From IMG/VR virus record IMGVR_UViG_3300043414_000251, positions 1-31,890 of that record: DNA of 31,890 bases. One strand, written 5' to 3'. The stretch comes from a virus (taxonomy: Duplodnaviria; Caudoviricetes). The notes under the pieces were generated by a model. It was not told where the DNA came from, made no database searches, and saw only the letters and a program-made list of their open reading frames with translations. A program made the position numbers and the translations under genes. Positions 1-7,912 of the stretch are shown one piece after another (the stretch's first letter is position 1; the number at the start of each line of letters is the position of its first letter).

Positions 1-95
1 AGTGGGACATTAGCATTCCGACTCTGTGGATGGTTACTTCATCCAAATCTTTCGAGCCACCATCAGGCAAGAAGATCATGGTGGAGTATGACTGA
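1..95 (+). CDS. 3' end of a gene truncated by the window edge; possibly the C-terminus of a phage VWA-like/DUF2201-type protein
   Basis: Frame from position 3 reads WDISIPTLWMVTSSKSFEPPSGKKIMVEYD* (TGA 93-95), overlapping the next ATG at 88. The 'P-x-L-W...P-x-G' tail resembles VWA-like phage proteins (recall only). Confidence 0.45.
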   Translation, partial: WDISIPTLWMVTSSKSFEPPSGKKIMVEYD

Positions 96-312
96 AACTA
101 AAAGAAGACGGTTTCGGTTTTCTTTTGAAGTTGCGGTTACTACCCGTGAACAACATGGTGCGTTTGCACATCTATATGCGTTGGAGAGAGTAGAAACGTT
201 ACAGGGCAGTGACCGCCAATTGTGGCTTGATGTGTTAGCTGAGTTAGATGAATTTGAAAGGAAATATGATGAGATACCTAAACTATGCGCGACTTCTGAA
301 CATCTCAAATAG
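88..312 (+). CDS. hypothetical protein (74 aa)
   Basis: ORF whose start overlaps the upstream stop; GGAG at 83-86 lies just upstream. Confidence 0.55.
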   Translation: MTETKRRRFRFSFEVAVTTREQHGAFAHLYALERVETLQGSDRQLWLDVLAELDEFERKYDEIPKLCATSEHLK

Positions 313-1270
313 CGCTACACCGTACCGTGGGTCTTTAAACAGATTCCCCATAGGCAACCGCAAAGAGAACACAAAGTACTTTATTGTTGGGAGCGAGGGC
401 GGTAACAATATTTTCAACATTGTGTATGGCAGTAAATTCGACAAAGAATATATAAGCAAAGAAAGGTATGACATGTATAACGCGGCGGGGAAAGCCGTTG
501 GTTATGAAACGAAATCAATTAGTTCAACTAATGTTAAGAGATACTACAAGTGGAATAAAGCACCTGACGTGATTGGGCTGGTGCGTCCTGACAATAGCTT
601 TGAGTTTGTCGGTGATTCATATTTAATGGGATGTAACTCTGTCATGTCATCTTTTTCTACAGGGCGCTTCAGTAACGACTCGCGTAGGGGTGGACTCTTA
701 TATTGCCAGAGAGAATCCACGCGCAGTGTGCCTTATATGCTACCAATATACAAAGGGCTAAAAGTTGACTGCGACACGATGCGGCCTTTTGAGCCAATAG
801 TTGTAACGGGGAAACACGTAGATAGGAAAGCATCTAAAGCATTAATGGCTGGCTACAAAGATTTCTATGCTGTGGCTGAGACTATGTGCAAGGTCATGGA
901 TATAGATTTGTTCTTGGAGACAGCTAAGTCTGTCAGAGATGAGTATGGGCTTAGTCCATCAACAGGAGAAGTATCAATAATGATTGATAAGCTGACGGTA
1001 GAGAAGCCGATTGATGCGATGTTCTTGTATATGCTTACCTTTAACTCAGGGAGGATAGATTCTTATATTCATAATAGAAATTGGGGTAAACCCGACTCCC
1101 CTATGTATATATTTGACTTGATGAAGCGTAGGCTTAACAAACATCTATACGAATCAAATAGATCAATCTTTAAGGATGTCATATACAAAGGCGGCGATCA
1201 ACTGCCTAGTAGTGAATGGGGCTATGAGTTGACGGTAAACGGTAAGCAAGTTATTCAATATGGAGGTTAA
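266..1270 (+). CDS. hypothetical phage protein (~334 aa)
   Basis: Long ORF (track start 248). AAGGA at 258-262 favours ATG 266 or 269. Confidence 0.8.
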   Translation: MMRYLNYARLLNISNSATPYRGSLNRFPIGNRKENTKYFIVGSEGGNNIFNIVYGSKFDKEYISKERYDMYNAAGKAVGYETKSISSTNVKRYYKWNKAPDVIGLVRPDNSFEFVGDSYLMGCNSVMSSFSTGRFSNDSRRGGLLYCQRESTRSVPYMLPIYKGLKVDCDTMRPFEPIVVTGKHVDRKASKALMAGYKDFYAVAETMCKVMDIDLFLETAKSVRDEYGLSPSTGEVSIMIDKLTVEKPIDAMFLYMLTFNSGRIDSYIHNRNWGKPDSPMYIFDLMKRRLNKHLYESNRSIFKDVIYKGGDQLPSSEWGYELTVNGKQVIQYGG

Positions 1271-1272
1271 TC

Positions 1273-2184
1273 ATGGACTATTTATTTCTTAATGGGTTTC
1301 ACACACCCGAGGCCGAGGAAGAGTTGAGGAACTCAGGTAGCCTCCCATTGGTACGTGAGTTGGTATTTAAGTTTGATCTACGTGTCCTTCGCAAAGTATC
1401 GAATGGATGGATGCTATGCCATAAGAATGGCATAGTAGTAGGCAAGGCTACGACGGTGAATACTGATGAAGGTAAGACTGAGTATCAATACTACTCGCCA
1501 TACTTTACCAAGGTACGGGGAACTGACAAGAAAGATAAGCAGACACTTCATAGTACAAAGCTGGGGGCTTTGATGGGTTCACTGAAGAAACATAAAGCTA
1601 TCCTAACCGAGGTAGAGATGGAGAGGAAAGTCTTTATTCCTGCGATAGCTACCAGCATTGACGTAGCACAGAGATCGCAAGGCAATTCATATAAACGCAA
1701 TGAGTTGGATGCAGTTGCAATCCATGCCTTACTTGCTCACTTTTTTGGAGAGAATCCTAATAGTCTTGGCCTATCGGTTCCAGTAAAAGAATGTAAAGAT
1801 TTGTTTGACAAATACAATGAAGCTGATAGAGTAGCGGCTATGAAACAGCAGCTAATCATGGACATGTTCCACAAACCATTCTACGTAGTTAGTGTAGATG
1901 GGTTCAATGATATTTCCGTTGGTAAGCTGAGGGTGACGAGTGGTTTGGAAAATAGTGGGTATGAAATCATTGAGCCAGTACGCCGGTACAGCAACGTAAT
2001 AGAAAGCTATCCTGACATCATACCTATTCTTACTATGACGAAGCTTGCTTACGAATCAGATCGTAGGCTTGCTGGTGGGTACATACCTATCATAGATACA
2101 TTCAACACTGCACTTAGCGCGGCGTTCACCTATGCTGGTTCGTTGGACAGTTACACATCTGTCTATATGGTGACCCCATGCTAA
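1273..2184 (+). CDS. hypothetical phage protein (303 aa)
   Basis: Long ORF with GGAGG SD at 1262-1266; tightly packed in the operon. Confidence 0.85.
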   Translation: MDYLFLNGFHTPEAEEELRNSGSLPLVRELVFKFDLRVLRKVSNGWMLCHKNGIVVGKATTVNTDEGKTEYQYYSPYFTKVRGTDKKDKQTLHSTKLGALMGSLKKHKAILTEVEMERKVFIPAIATSIDVAQRSQGNSYKRNELDAVAIHALLAHFFGENPNSLGLSVPVKECKDLFDKYNEADRVAAMKQQLIMDMFHKPFYVVSVDGFNDISVGKLRVTSGLENSGYEIIEPVRRYSNVIESYPDIIPILTMTKLAYESDRRLAGGYIPIIDTFNTALSAAFTYAGSLDSYTSVYMVTPC

Positions 2185-2465
2185 CACCCGAGCGCAAGGT
2201 CAAGGACAGAGTTAAGAAGATACTCAAGTCGGCGGGTGCGTACTACGCCATGCCTGCTACTGGTGGGTATGGCACTAGCGGTGTGCCTGACATTCTTGTA
2301 TGTTATGAGGGGAGGTTTATTGGTATTGAATGCAAGGCTAACGGGAACACGCCCACAGCGTTGCAGATGAAAAACTTAAACGACATTGCAATAGCTGGGG
2401 GGATTGCACTTGTCATCGATGAGAACAATGTAGAAGATTTAATGGATTGGATAAAGCATGAATGA
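2178..2465 (+). CDS. VRR-NUC domain nuclease (PD-(D/E)XK fold, resolvase-like)
   Basis: E..VK...K.L, GVPDILVC..GRFIGIECKA...PTALQ...L..I...GG.A.V motifs are typical of stand-alone phage VRR-NUC proteins. Confidence 0.9.
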   Translation: MLTPERKVKDRVKKILKSAGAYYAMPATGGYGTSGVPDILVCYEGRFIGIECKANGNTPTALQMKNLNDIAIAGGIALVIDENNVEDLMDWIKHE

Positions 2466-2661
2466 ACAAGATTTAGAGCAACTGCGTGAGGTACACGCTG
2501 GTTTTGCTATGTTGGGGCTATTGATGAAAGGAGTTTATGACGAAGACATACCTAAACGAGCGTACCTACTTGCAGACTCTATGTTGAATGCGAGGTCAGA
2601 ATCCGCTGGCATCGTATCAGTTAAACGTCACTTAAAGAAAGAGAAACATGAAACAATTTAA
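2458..2661 (+). CDS. small hypothetical protein (67 aa)
   Basis: Coupled ORF with an 'AGFAMLGLL...AYLLADSMLNAR' motif common in small phage proteins. Confidence 0.75.
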   Translation: MNEQDLEQLREVHAGFAMLGLLMKGVYDEDIPKRAYLLADSMLNARSESAGIVSVKRHLKKEKHETI

Positions 2662-3112
2662 ACAAGGCAAGAAGATAGCAGAGGTTGTAGCGCTACTCAA
2701 GAAGTATCCTGACCTAACTGCATCGCGTGTATCCCAAGAGGTTCTCTGTTCCCAACAATACGCATACCTACTACTCAAGAAGGCTAGAGAAAGCATTGCT
2801 AACCCGAAGCTACGTCTGCAAAAGGTGCGAGAAATGAACGATATGAAAGTGCTGATCCTAGATAGCGTCCCACCTACACATGAGGTAGTAAATACTCCTG
2901 CTATTGATATGGTAAATCATCCGGCGCACTACAAGGTGGGTGGCATCGAGACGATTGACTTCATTCAAGCCAAGCTTACGCCAGAGGAATTCCGTGGGTA
3001 TCTGAAGGGCAACATTCTGAAGTACACAAGTCGCGCGGGGCACAAGGGTGACATTGATACAGACATTGGCAAGATGGTCTGGTACGCCAACCGACTGCAA
3101 TCTACCAAGTAA
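2648..3112 (+). CDS. DUF3310-domain protein with a possible N-terminal HTH
   Basis: C-terminal DMVNHPAHYKVGGIETIDFI...GYLKGNILKYTSRAGHKG...DIGKMVWY is the DUF3310 signature. N-terminal LTASRVSQEVLCSQQYAY is HTH-like. Confidence 0.85.
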   Translation: MKQFKQGKKIAEVVALLKKYPDLTASRVSQEVLCSQQYAYLLLKKARESIANPKLRLQKVREMNDMKVLILDSVPPTHEVVNTPAIDMVNHPAHYKVGGIETIDFIQAKLTPEEFRGYLKGNILKYTSRAGHKGDIDTDIGKMVWYANRLQSTK

Positions 3113-3118
3113 TCCTTG

Positions 3119-3144
3119 AGGCATGGTTCGCCATGCCTTTTTTT
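3119..3144 (+). terminator. Rho-independent terminator
   Basis: AGGCATGG-TTCG-CCATGCCT perfect 8-bp stem followed by a T-tract, directly after the stop at 3112. Confidence 0.9.
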
Positions 3145-3177
3145 GTATCTAATGAATTTCTTATTTAAGGAAATAAA

Positions 3178-3561
3178 ATGCTATCAGGATTAGAAATACT
3201 ACTGGCCCGAATGAAAGATTATCCCGAAGAGTTTACCAACCCAGATGGGGTATGGAGAAGAATGATTAAGGATGTATTACCCTATCTCGATAAAGACGAG
3301 ATGGTGGCGCTGGAGTATGGGATTAAAGAGATCATGCGCGATAAGTTCAATGAGTCGGTTCTCAGCCAACTAGCGGGGGTAGGAGTGCAGCAACCCGAAC
3401 AAGGGAAGTCAGCAAGCGTCATTGCATCAACCGCAATGAAACAACAGGCTTTAGCCAAACAGTCTTTAGCCATGATGAACGCGCAGTTCGATCATGAGTA
3501 TAAGAAGTATGACGCACAGCGGAACCAAGCTTTCAACCCGTACAACGTATTCAAGCCATGA
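3178..3561 (+). CDS. hypothetical protein (127 aa)
   Basis: TAAGGA SD upstream; ATGA overlap with the polymerase start. Confidence 0.8.
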   Translation: MLSGLEILLARMKDYPEEFTNPDGVWRRMIKDVLPYLDKDEMVALEYGIKEIMRDKFNESVLSQLAGVGVQQPEQGKSASVIASTAMKQQALAKQSLAMMNAQFDHEYKKYDAQRNQAFNPYNVFKP

Positions 3562-6257
3562 AAATCATCACTGTTGACTTTGAGACGTACTACACCAAGG
3601 GGCTTGGGTTTAAGACTCAGACCACCGAGGAATATGTACGTGACCGCCGCTTTGAGGTGATAGGTGTTAGTGTCAAGGTTGATGACGAGCCAGCGGCTTG
3701 GTTCTCAGGGACTAAGGACGAGATTCGTAAATACCTGTCCACGTACCCGTGGGACACTAATGCACTTCTTTGCCACAACACGCTGTTTGACGGTTGCATC
3801 CTTGGCTGGCATTTCGGTGTGGTTCCCGCGCTCATGCTGGATACGCTGTGCATGGCTAGGGCAGTCCACGGAGTTGAGGCAGGTGGGTCACTGGCATCGC
3901 TTGCCTTACGTTACGGCCTTGGTGAAAAAGGCACGGAAGTCATAGCTGCTGAAGGCAAGCGTAGACAAGACTTTACTGAAGAAGAACTTAGGCGATATGG
4001 TGAGTACTGTATCAATGACGTAGAGCTTACTTACAAGCTTTGGAAATGTTTGTCGAGCGCGTTTCCGACTGATGAGTTAGGCCTCATTGATATGACGCTA
4101 CGCATGTTTACTCATCCGGTGTTCATGGTTGATGATGCGCTGTTACAGGATAGGGCGACAGAAATTGAGGAAGACAAACTGGCGCTGTTGGAAAACTTGA
4201 TGGGCGCGTTGCACTGCAATGATGCTGAGGGTGTTCGCAAGAAGCTAGCTAGTAACAAGCAGTTCGCAGCAATACTGGAGACGTTCAAAATCCCAGTACC
4301 TATGAAGACTAGCAAGACCACGGGCAAGCAGACCTTTGCGTTGGCAAAAAATGACGAGGGGTTCTTGGCGCTGATGGAAGATGAGAATGAGTTTATCCAA
4401 CAGTTGTGTACTGTTCGGCTGGGCACTAAGTCAACCATTGAAGAGTCACGCATTGAGAGATTTATAGCTGTTGGCAAACGCAACAAAGGGTTTCTACCTA
4501 TACCCTTAAAGTACTACGGCGCACACACAGGCCGTTGGGCTGGCATGGATAAGGTGAACTTCCAGAACCTTCCATCAAGAGATAAAAAGAAGAAGACGTT
4601 GAAGAATTCAGTCATTCCGCCCGACGGTCATGTGGTCATCAACTGTGACTCTTCTCAAATTGAGGCTAGGGTGCTTGTGTGGCTGGCTGGGCAGAAAGAC
4701 GTGACAGAGCAGTTTGCTAACGGTGATGATGTGTACTCAGTGTTTGCAAGCAAGATATACGGGCGTCCCGTGTCCAAAGCTAACCCTATCGAGCGTTTTG
4801 TAGGCAAGACTTGTATTGCCGAAGGAACTCTAGTATTATCCGATTCGGGGTGGAAGCCAATTGAGTTAGTGACCACAGCAGACAAACTTTGGGACGGAGA
4901 GGAATGGATATGCCATCAAGGATTAGTGAACAACGGCATCAAACCAACATTGAATCTATGCGGAGCTTGGTTGACTCCCGATCACCAAGTGTGGTCAGGG
5001 ATGCAGTGGTTGGAAGCGCAATTGGTGGTAGCCGACGAAAATATCCTTTGCCAAGTATTGGATACCGCAGTGGGAAACTTACCGTTACAGGCTACTTTCG
5101 CGGACAGAGGGGAGGCGTTGCTGCGCTTGTTGTCAAATGTGACTGCCGACCCGACGAGTACTGCGTGGACAACCATAATTTCAAAAATTTCAAAAGCACG
5201 CGCTGTCCGTTTTGTGCCAAAACTGCTTCAAACAAAAAACGGTACTGGATGTATTCGGACGCAATGGTTGACGACGGACACCGAACCCGACTTCTCAATC
5301 GACTGGCTGCTGCCATCACACGATGTCACACCCCAACCAATAAAGCATATCTTCACTATGGAGGACGGGGTATATCGGTACATAAACAATGGAGAGAGAA
5401 CAGAGCCTCGTTTCTTTGCTATGTACAAACGCTTGAAGGATGGGATGTCCCAAGTTTTGAAATGGACAGGATTGATGTCAACGGCAGTTACGAGCCGGAC
5501 AATATCCAATTTGTGTCCCGAAGTGACAACCTTAAAAACAAGCGAAAAATCGCAGACCTTGAAGCCCGTATTCGACATCTTGAATTGCGGCTCTCGCAAC
5601 AGATTCACCATCCTAACTGAGGCAGGGCCAGTCATTGTTCACAACTGCATACTTGGCCTCGGCTATGGGACTGGGGCATTAAAGTTACAGCACACGTTAA
5701 AGACTACCCCGCCGGGAGCTATCGTTACTGAGGATGAGGCTAAAGAATATGTTAAGACATACCGCGAAGCCAACGATAAAGTGATTCAGCTATGGCGTGA
5801 TGGTGACAAGGTACTCAAAGACTTAGCCAACTGGGGCGACACCAAGTCTTACTACTACGGCAAGAACAAGTGCTTAAAGGTGACTAAGGAAGGCATCCAA
5901 CTGCCTAACGATCTGTACATCCGCTACCCCGAGTTGAAACTTGATACTGAAAAATCTAAAAGCCAATACAAGTACAAGTCGCGTAAAGGACCTGTTTACA
6001 TCTGGGGCGGTTCAGTTGTTGAAAACGTAGTTCAAGCCTTGGCTAGGATTGTCGTCGGTGAACAGATGCTGAAGATTAACCAACGCTATCGCGTGGCGTT
6101 GACCGTACACGATGCGGCGGTATGTGTGGTTCCCGAAGCTGAACTAAATGAGGCTGTAGCTTATATCGTCGAGTGCATGTCTGTGGCTCCCGATTGGGCT
6201 AGTGGTTTACCCGTAGCTTGCGAAGAAAAACACGCAAACAGCTACGGAGAGTGTTAA
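3558..6257 (+). CDS. polA: DNA polymerase family A (3'-5' exonuclease + polymerase), intein-containing precursor of 899 aa; ~621 aa after splicing
   Basis: ExoI VDFETY, ExoII HNTLFD, ExoIII YCINDV; HTGRWAG..NFQNLP; motif A DSSQIEAR; motif B rebuilt after intein removal as RFVGKT/CILGLGYG; motif C TVHDA. Confidence 0.95.
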   Translation: MKIITVDFETYYTKGLGFKTQTTEEYVRDRRFEVIGVSVKVDDEPAAWFSGTKDEIRKYLSTYPWDTNALLCHNTLFDGCILGWHFGVVPALMLDTLCMARAVHGVEAGGSLASLALRYGLGEKGTEVIAAEGKRRQDFTEEELRRYGEYCINDVELTYKLWKCLSSAFPTDELGLIDMTLRMFTHPVFMVDDALLQDRATEIEEDKLALLENLMGALHCNDAEGVRKKLASNKQFAAILETFKIPVPMKTSKTTGKQTFALAKNDEGFLALMEDENEFIQQLCTVRLGTKSTIEESRIERFIAVGKRNKGFLPIPLKYYGAHTGRWAGMDKVNFQNLPSRDKKKKTLKNSVIPPDGHVVINCDSSQIEARVLVWLAGQKDVTEQFANGDDVYSVFASKIYGRPVSKANPIERFVGKTCIAEGTLVLSDSGWKPIELVTTADKLWDGEEWICHQGLVNNGIKPTLNLCGAWLTPDHQVWSGMQWLEAQLVVADENILCQVLDTAVGNLPLQATFADRGEALLRLLSNVTADPTSTAWTTIISKISKARAVRFVPKLLQTKNGTGCIRTQWLTTDTEPDFSIDWLLPSHDVTPQPIKHIFTMEDGVYRYINNGERTEPRFFAMYKRLKDGMSQVLKWTGLMSTAVTSRTISNLCPEVTTLKTSEKSQTLKPVFDILNCGSRNRFTILTEAGPVIVHNCILGLGYGTGALKLQHTLKTTPPGAIVTEDEAKEYVKTYREANDKVIQLWRDGDKVLKDLANWGDTKSYYYGKNKCLKVTKEGIQLPNDLYIRYPELKLDTEKSKSQYKYKSRKGPVYIWGGSVVENVVQALARIVVGEQMLKINQRYRVALTVHDAAVCVVPEAELNEAVAYIVECMSVAPDWASGLPVACEEKHANSYGEC
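4812..5645 (+). mobile_element. Intein (278 aa, precursor residues 419-696) inserted in polymerase motif B
   Basis: Block A CIAEGTLVLSDSG starts with Cys1 (TGT 4812); block B LTPDH (TxxH); block F PVFDILNCG..NRFTI; block G VIVHN followed by extein Cys+1 (TGC 5646). Removal restores a contiguous KTCILGLGYG. Confidence 0.95.
4910..5620 (+). CDS. HNH-type (beta-beta-alpha-Me) homing endonuclease encoded out of frame, entirely inside the intein
   Basis: Frame offset +2/-1 relative to polA (track ORF 4889-5620). Motifs G.R.GKLTV...VKCDC...RCPFC...RC......Y.HYGGRGISV...W...F...MDRIDVNGSYEPDNIQFVSRSDNLKNKR match a common phage HNH family. GGAGAGGA (4896-4903) precedes ATG 4910; ATG 4904 and GTG 5006 are alternative starts. 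Confidence 0.85.
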   Translation: MPSRISEQRHQTNIESMRSLVDSRSPSVVRDAVVGSAIGGSRRKYPLPSIGYRSGKLTVTGYFRGQRGGVAALVVKCDCRPDEYCVDNHNFKNFKSTRCPFCAKTASNKKRYWMYSDAMVDDGHRTRLLNRLAAAITRCHTPTNKAYLHYGGRGISVHKQWRENRASFLCYVQTLEGWDVPSFEMDRIDVNGSYEPDNIQFVSRSDNLKNKRKIADLEARIRHLELRLSQQIHHPN

Positions 6258-6283
6258 CATATGTAAAACGAAAGGATACAAAT

Positions 6284-6445
6284 ATGAGAGCAAGTAGAGC
6301 AGGGCGCAAGCCCAACCCGAAGCCACCAGCACCGATAGATGCTTGGTACAACGTGTTAGCAAAGGCATTGGGGGTGTACAACTTCCCTGTACCCAAACCC
6401 ACCACAGAGGCCAAACCTCAGACCGTATGGAGACATGAGCTATGA
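6284..6445 (+). CDS. small hypothetical protein (53 aa)
   Basis: AAAGGA SD at 6271-6276 before ATG 6284; ATGA overlap with the next gene. Confidence 0.6.
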   Translation: MRASRAGRKPNPKPPAPIDAWYNVLAKALGVYNFPVPKPTTEAKPQTVWRHEL

Positions 6446-6789
6446 CAGGCTTTGACAGCAAGAGAAAAATTGCGCAGGATAAATTTCCAGAAGACATTGG
6501 GCCACATTCGACAGGAGTGTGGAGATGCCATGCAGGTAATCATGGAGAATTTCTTGTAAGTTGCGAGTCGTATGGGTTCGCACCGATAGCAAGGGTGAAG
6601 GGCGACAAACGCTCAACGCTAAAAGCCGCAAAGGCAAATGCACACTTAATTGCTGCTGCGCCTGACCTATTAACTGCACTGTACGCCATGATGAACAGTT
6701 GTTTTGACCCCGCCTTAACTGAGGGTGAAGCGTTTGAGGCTTTTGACTTGGCCCGTGACGCAATTGCCAAAGCGGAGGGGTTCAAATGA
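6442..6789 (+). CDS. conserved small phage protein (ANAxLIAAAPDLL family)
   Basis: Contains the widespread phage motif ANAHLIAAAPDLLTAL...ARDAIAKAEG; ATGA overlaps at both ends. Confidence 0.8.
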   Translation: MTGFDSKRKIAQDKFPEDIGPHSTGVWRCHAGNHGEFLVSCESYGFAPIARVKGDKRSTLKAAKANAHLIAAAPDLLTALYAMMNSCFDPALTEGEAFEAFDLARDAIAKAEGFK

Positions 6790-7040
6790 CCATTGACAAC
6801 AACACAGGAAAGAACAAAGAATTTTACGACTTGGGTAAAAAGATGTTTGACCAGATAAAACCATTGAATGAGCGAGTAGTAGCGGATGCCAACGGGCTTG
6901 CACTTTACACCCTTCCACCAAAGCGCCCGTGGGTAGGGCTGACGGAAGAAGAGCGCAGTGAAATTGTAACGTTGCATCATGGCTGGAACGAATACGGTCA
7001 AGCCATTGAAGCCGCCTTGAAGGAGAAGAATTTTGACTGA
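6786..7040 (+). CDS. small phage protein with RPWVGLT...AIEAALKEKN module
   Basis: Coupled ORF; shares blocks with 8186-8446. Confidence 0.75.
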   Translation: MTIDNNTGKNKEFYDLGKKMFDQIKPLNERVVADANGLALYTLPPKRPWVGLTEEERSEIVTLHHGWNEYGQAIEAALKEKNFD

Positions 7041-7164
7041 GCGAGAGCTATTTTTAAAGGCTTTGAACAATGCTATTTACTGGCAAAACCTTTGTGTGCA
7101 TCTTTATGAGATCATTGAGATGCTGTGCTTGGACGCAGAAGACAAACTAAAGGGGAACACATGA
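7033..7164 (+). CDS. micro-protein (43 aa, TTG start), below the ORF-track cutoff
   Basis: AAGGAG SD, then MTERELFLKALNNAIYWQNLCVHLYEIIEMLCLDAEDKLKGNT*. It fills the gap exactly and ends in an ATGA overlap. Confidence 0.65.
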   Translation: MTERELFLKALNNAIYWQNLCVHLYEIIEMLCLDAEDKLKGNT

Positions 7165-7691
7165 CACGAAACGAACTACTTGAACTAGCCAATGGGTTTT
7201 ATACCAACGGCGGCGTTACAGAGCGAGAGATTGCATTTGCACGGGTTATTTCCAAAGCTGCGGCAACAAAAGAGCGTGAGGCAATAGCGCAAATGTTTGA
7301 AGACGCACCCGCATTAGTACCGTTTGCACAGAATGACAAAGGCGGCTGCATGATGTGTGGGTTTACGCCTGCGCGAAAGCCAAATAAGGCGGCGGCACTG
7401 GATAGGGACGCTGAGATTGAAAGGCTCAACGAAAAGATTGAGTTCCTCGCCCGAACCAATATGCTTTACAGCGATTGGGAGCATCGCGATACCCAAGTGA
7501 CCAGCGATTTAATCCGCAAGGGTATTGCAGCCGCAAAACTGAACGCCGAGTTGCTGTCGGCATTGGTCGCTTGCCTTAATTGGATGGAGCAAATGCGTGA
7601 CAGCGGCGATGCTGGAAACTGGGAGTGGAAAGATGACGCATATACAAAAGGCCGAGCCATTGAGCAAGCTTTGAAGGGGAAAAACACATGA
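7161..7691 (+). CDS. hypothetical protein (176 aa), apparently a mosaic of small modules
   Basis: AAGGGG SD and ATGA overlap favour ATG 7161; contains a CxxC and ends in AIEQALKGKNT. Confidence 0.75.
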   Translation: MTRNELLELANGFYTNGGVTEREIAFARVISKAAATKEREAIAQMFEDAPALVPFAQNDKGGCMMCGFTPARKPNKAAALDRDAEIERLNEKIEFLARTNMLYSDWEHRDTQVTSDLIRKGIAAAKLNAELLSALVACLNWMEQMRDSGDAGNWEWKDDAYTKGRAIEQALKGKNT

Positions 7692-7912
7692 CTAACCTTA
7701 TACGACTACCGCCAACCACCACGATGACGGCACAGCAGGCGCTTGAGTCTGCGCTTGTTGATACCAAAAACGACTACTTGCAGGACGTACTGATCTGCGG
7801 CTACACCGAGGGTGGTCACTTGTACATACGATCTAGTCGACTGACGAGGGCTGAGTCATTCTTCTTGGCAAGCAAAGCCGCGCAGTGGGCGCAGAGTGGA
7901 GATGAGATATGA
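7688..7912 (+). CDS. small hypothetical protein (74 aa)
   Basis: ATGA overlaps at both ends. Confidence 0.75.
   Translation: MTNLIRLPPTTTMTAQQALESALVDTKNDYLQDVLICGYTEGGHLYIRSSRLTRAESFFLASKAAQWAQSGDEI

Noticed and set aside
3145-3177. Promoter in the AT-rich stretch after the terminator
   Set aside because: No convincing -35/-10 pair; only the SD is supportable.
5228-5635. 135-aa minus-strand ORF inside the intein (possible third coding layer)
   Set aside because: No recognisable motif or SD; best explained as an antisense shadow of a region already constrained in two frames.
4812-5645. Group I intron as the explanation for the polA insertion
   Set aside because: The pol frame is open throughout and has complete intein blocks with Cys1 and His-Asn/Cys+1 exactly at the insertion boundaries; no intron core is evident.
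6540-7070. 176-aa minus-strand ORF, and similar antisense ORFs such as 13661-14152, 17931-18329 and 26293-26865
   Set aside because: They lie opposite well-supported, translationally coupled genes and have no motifs.
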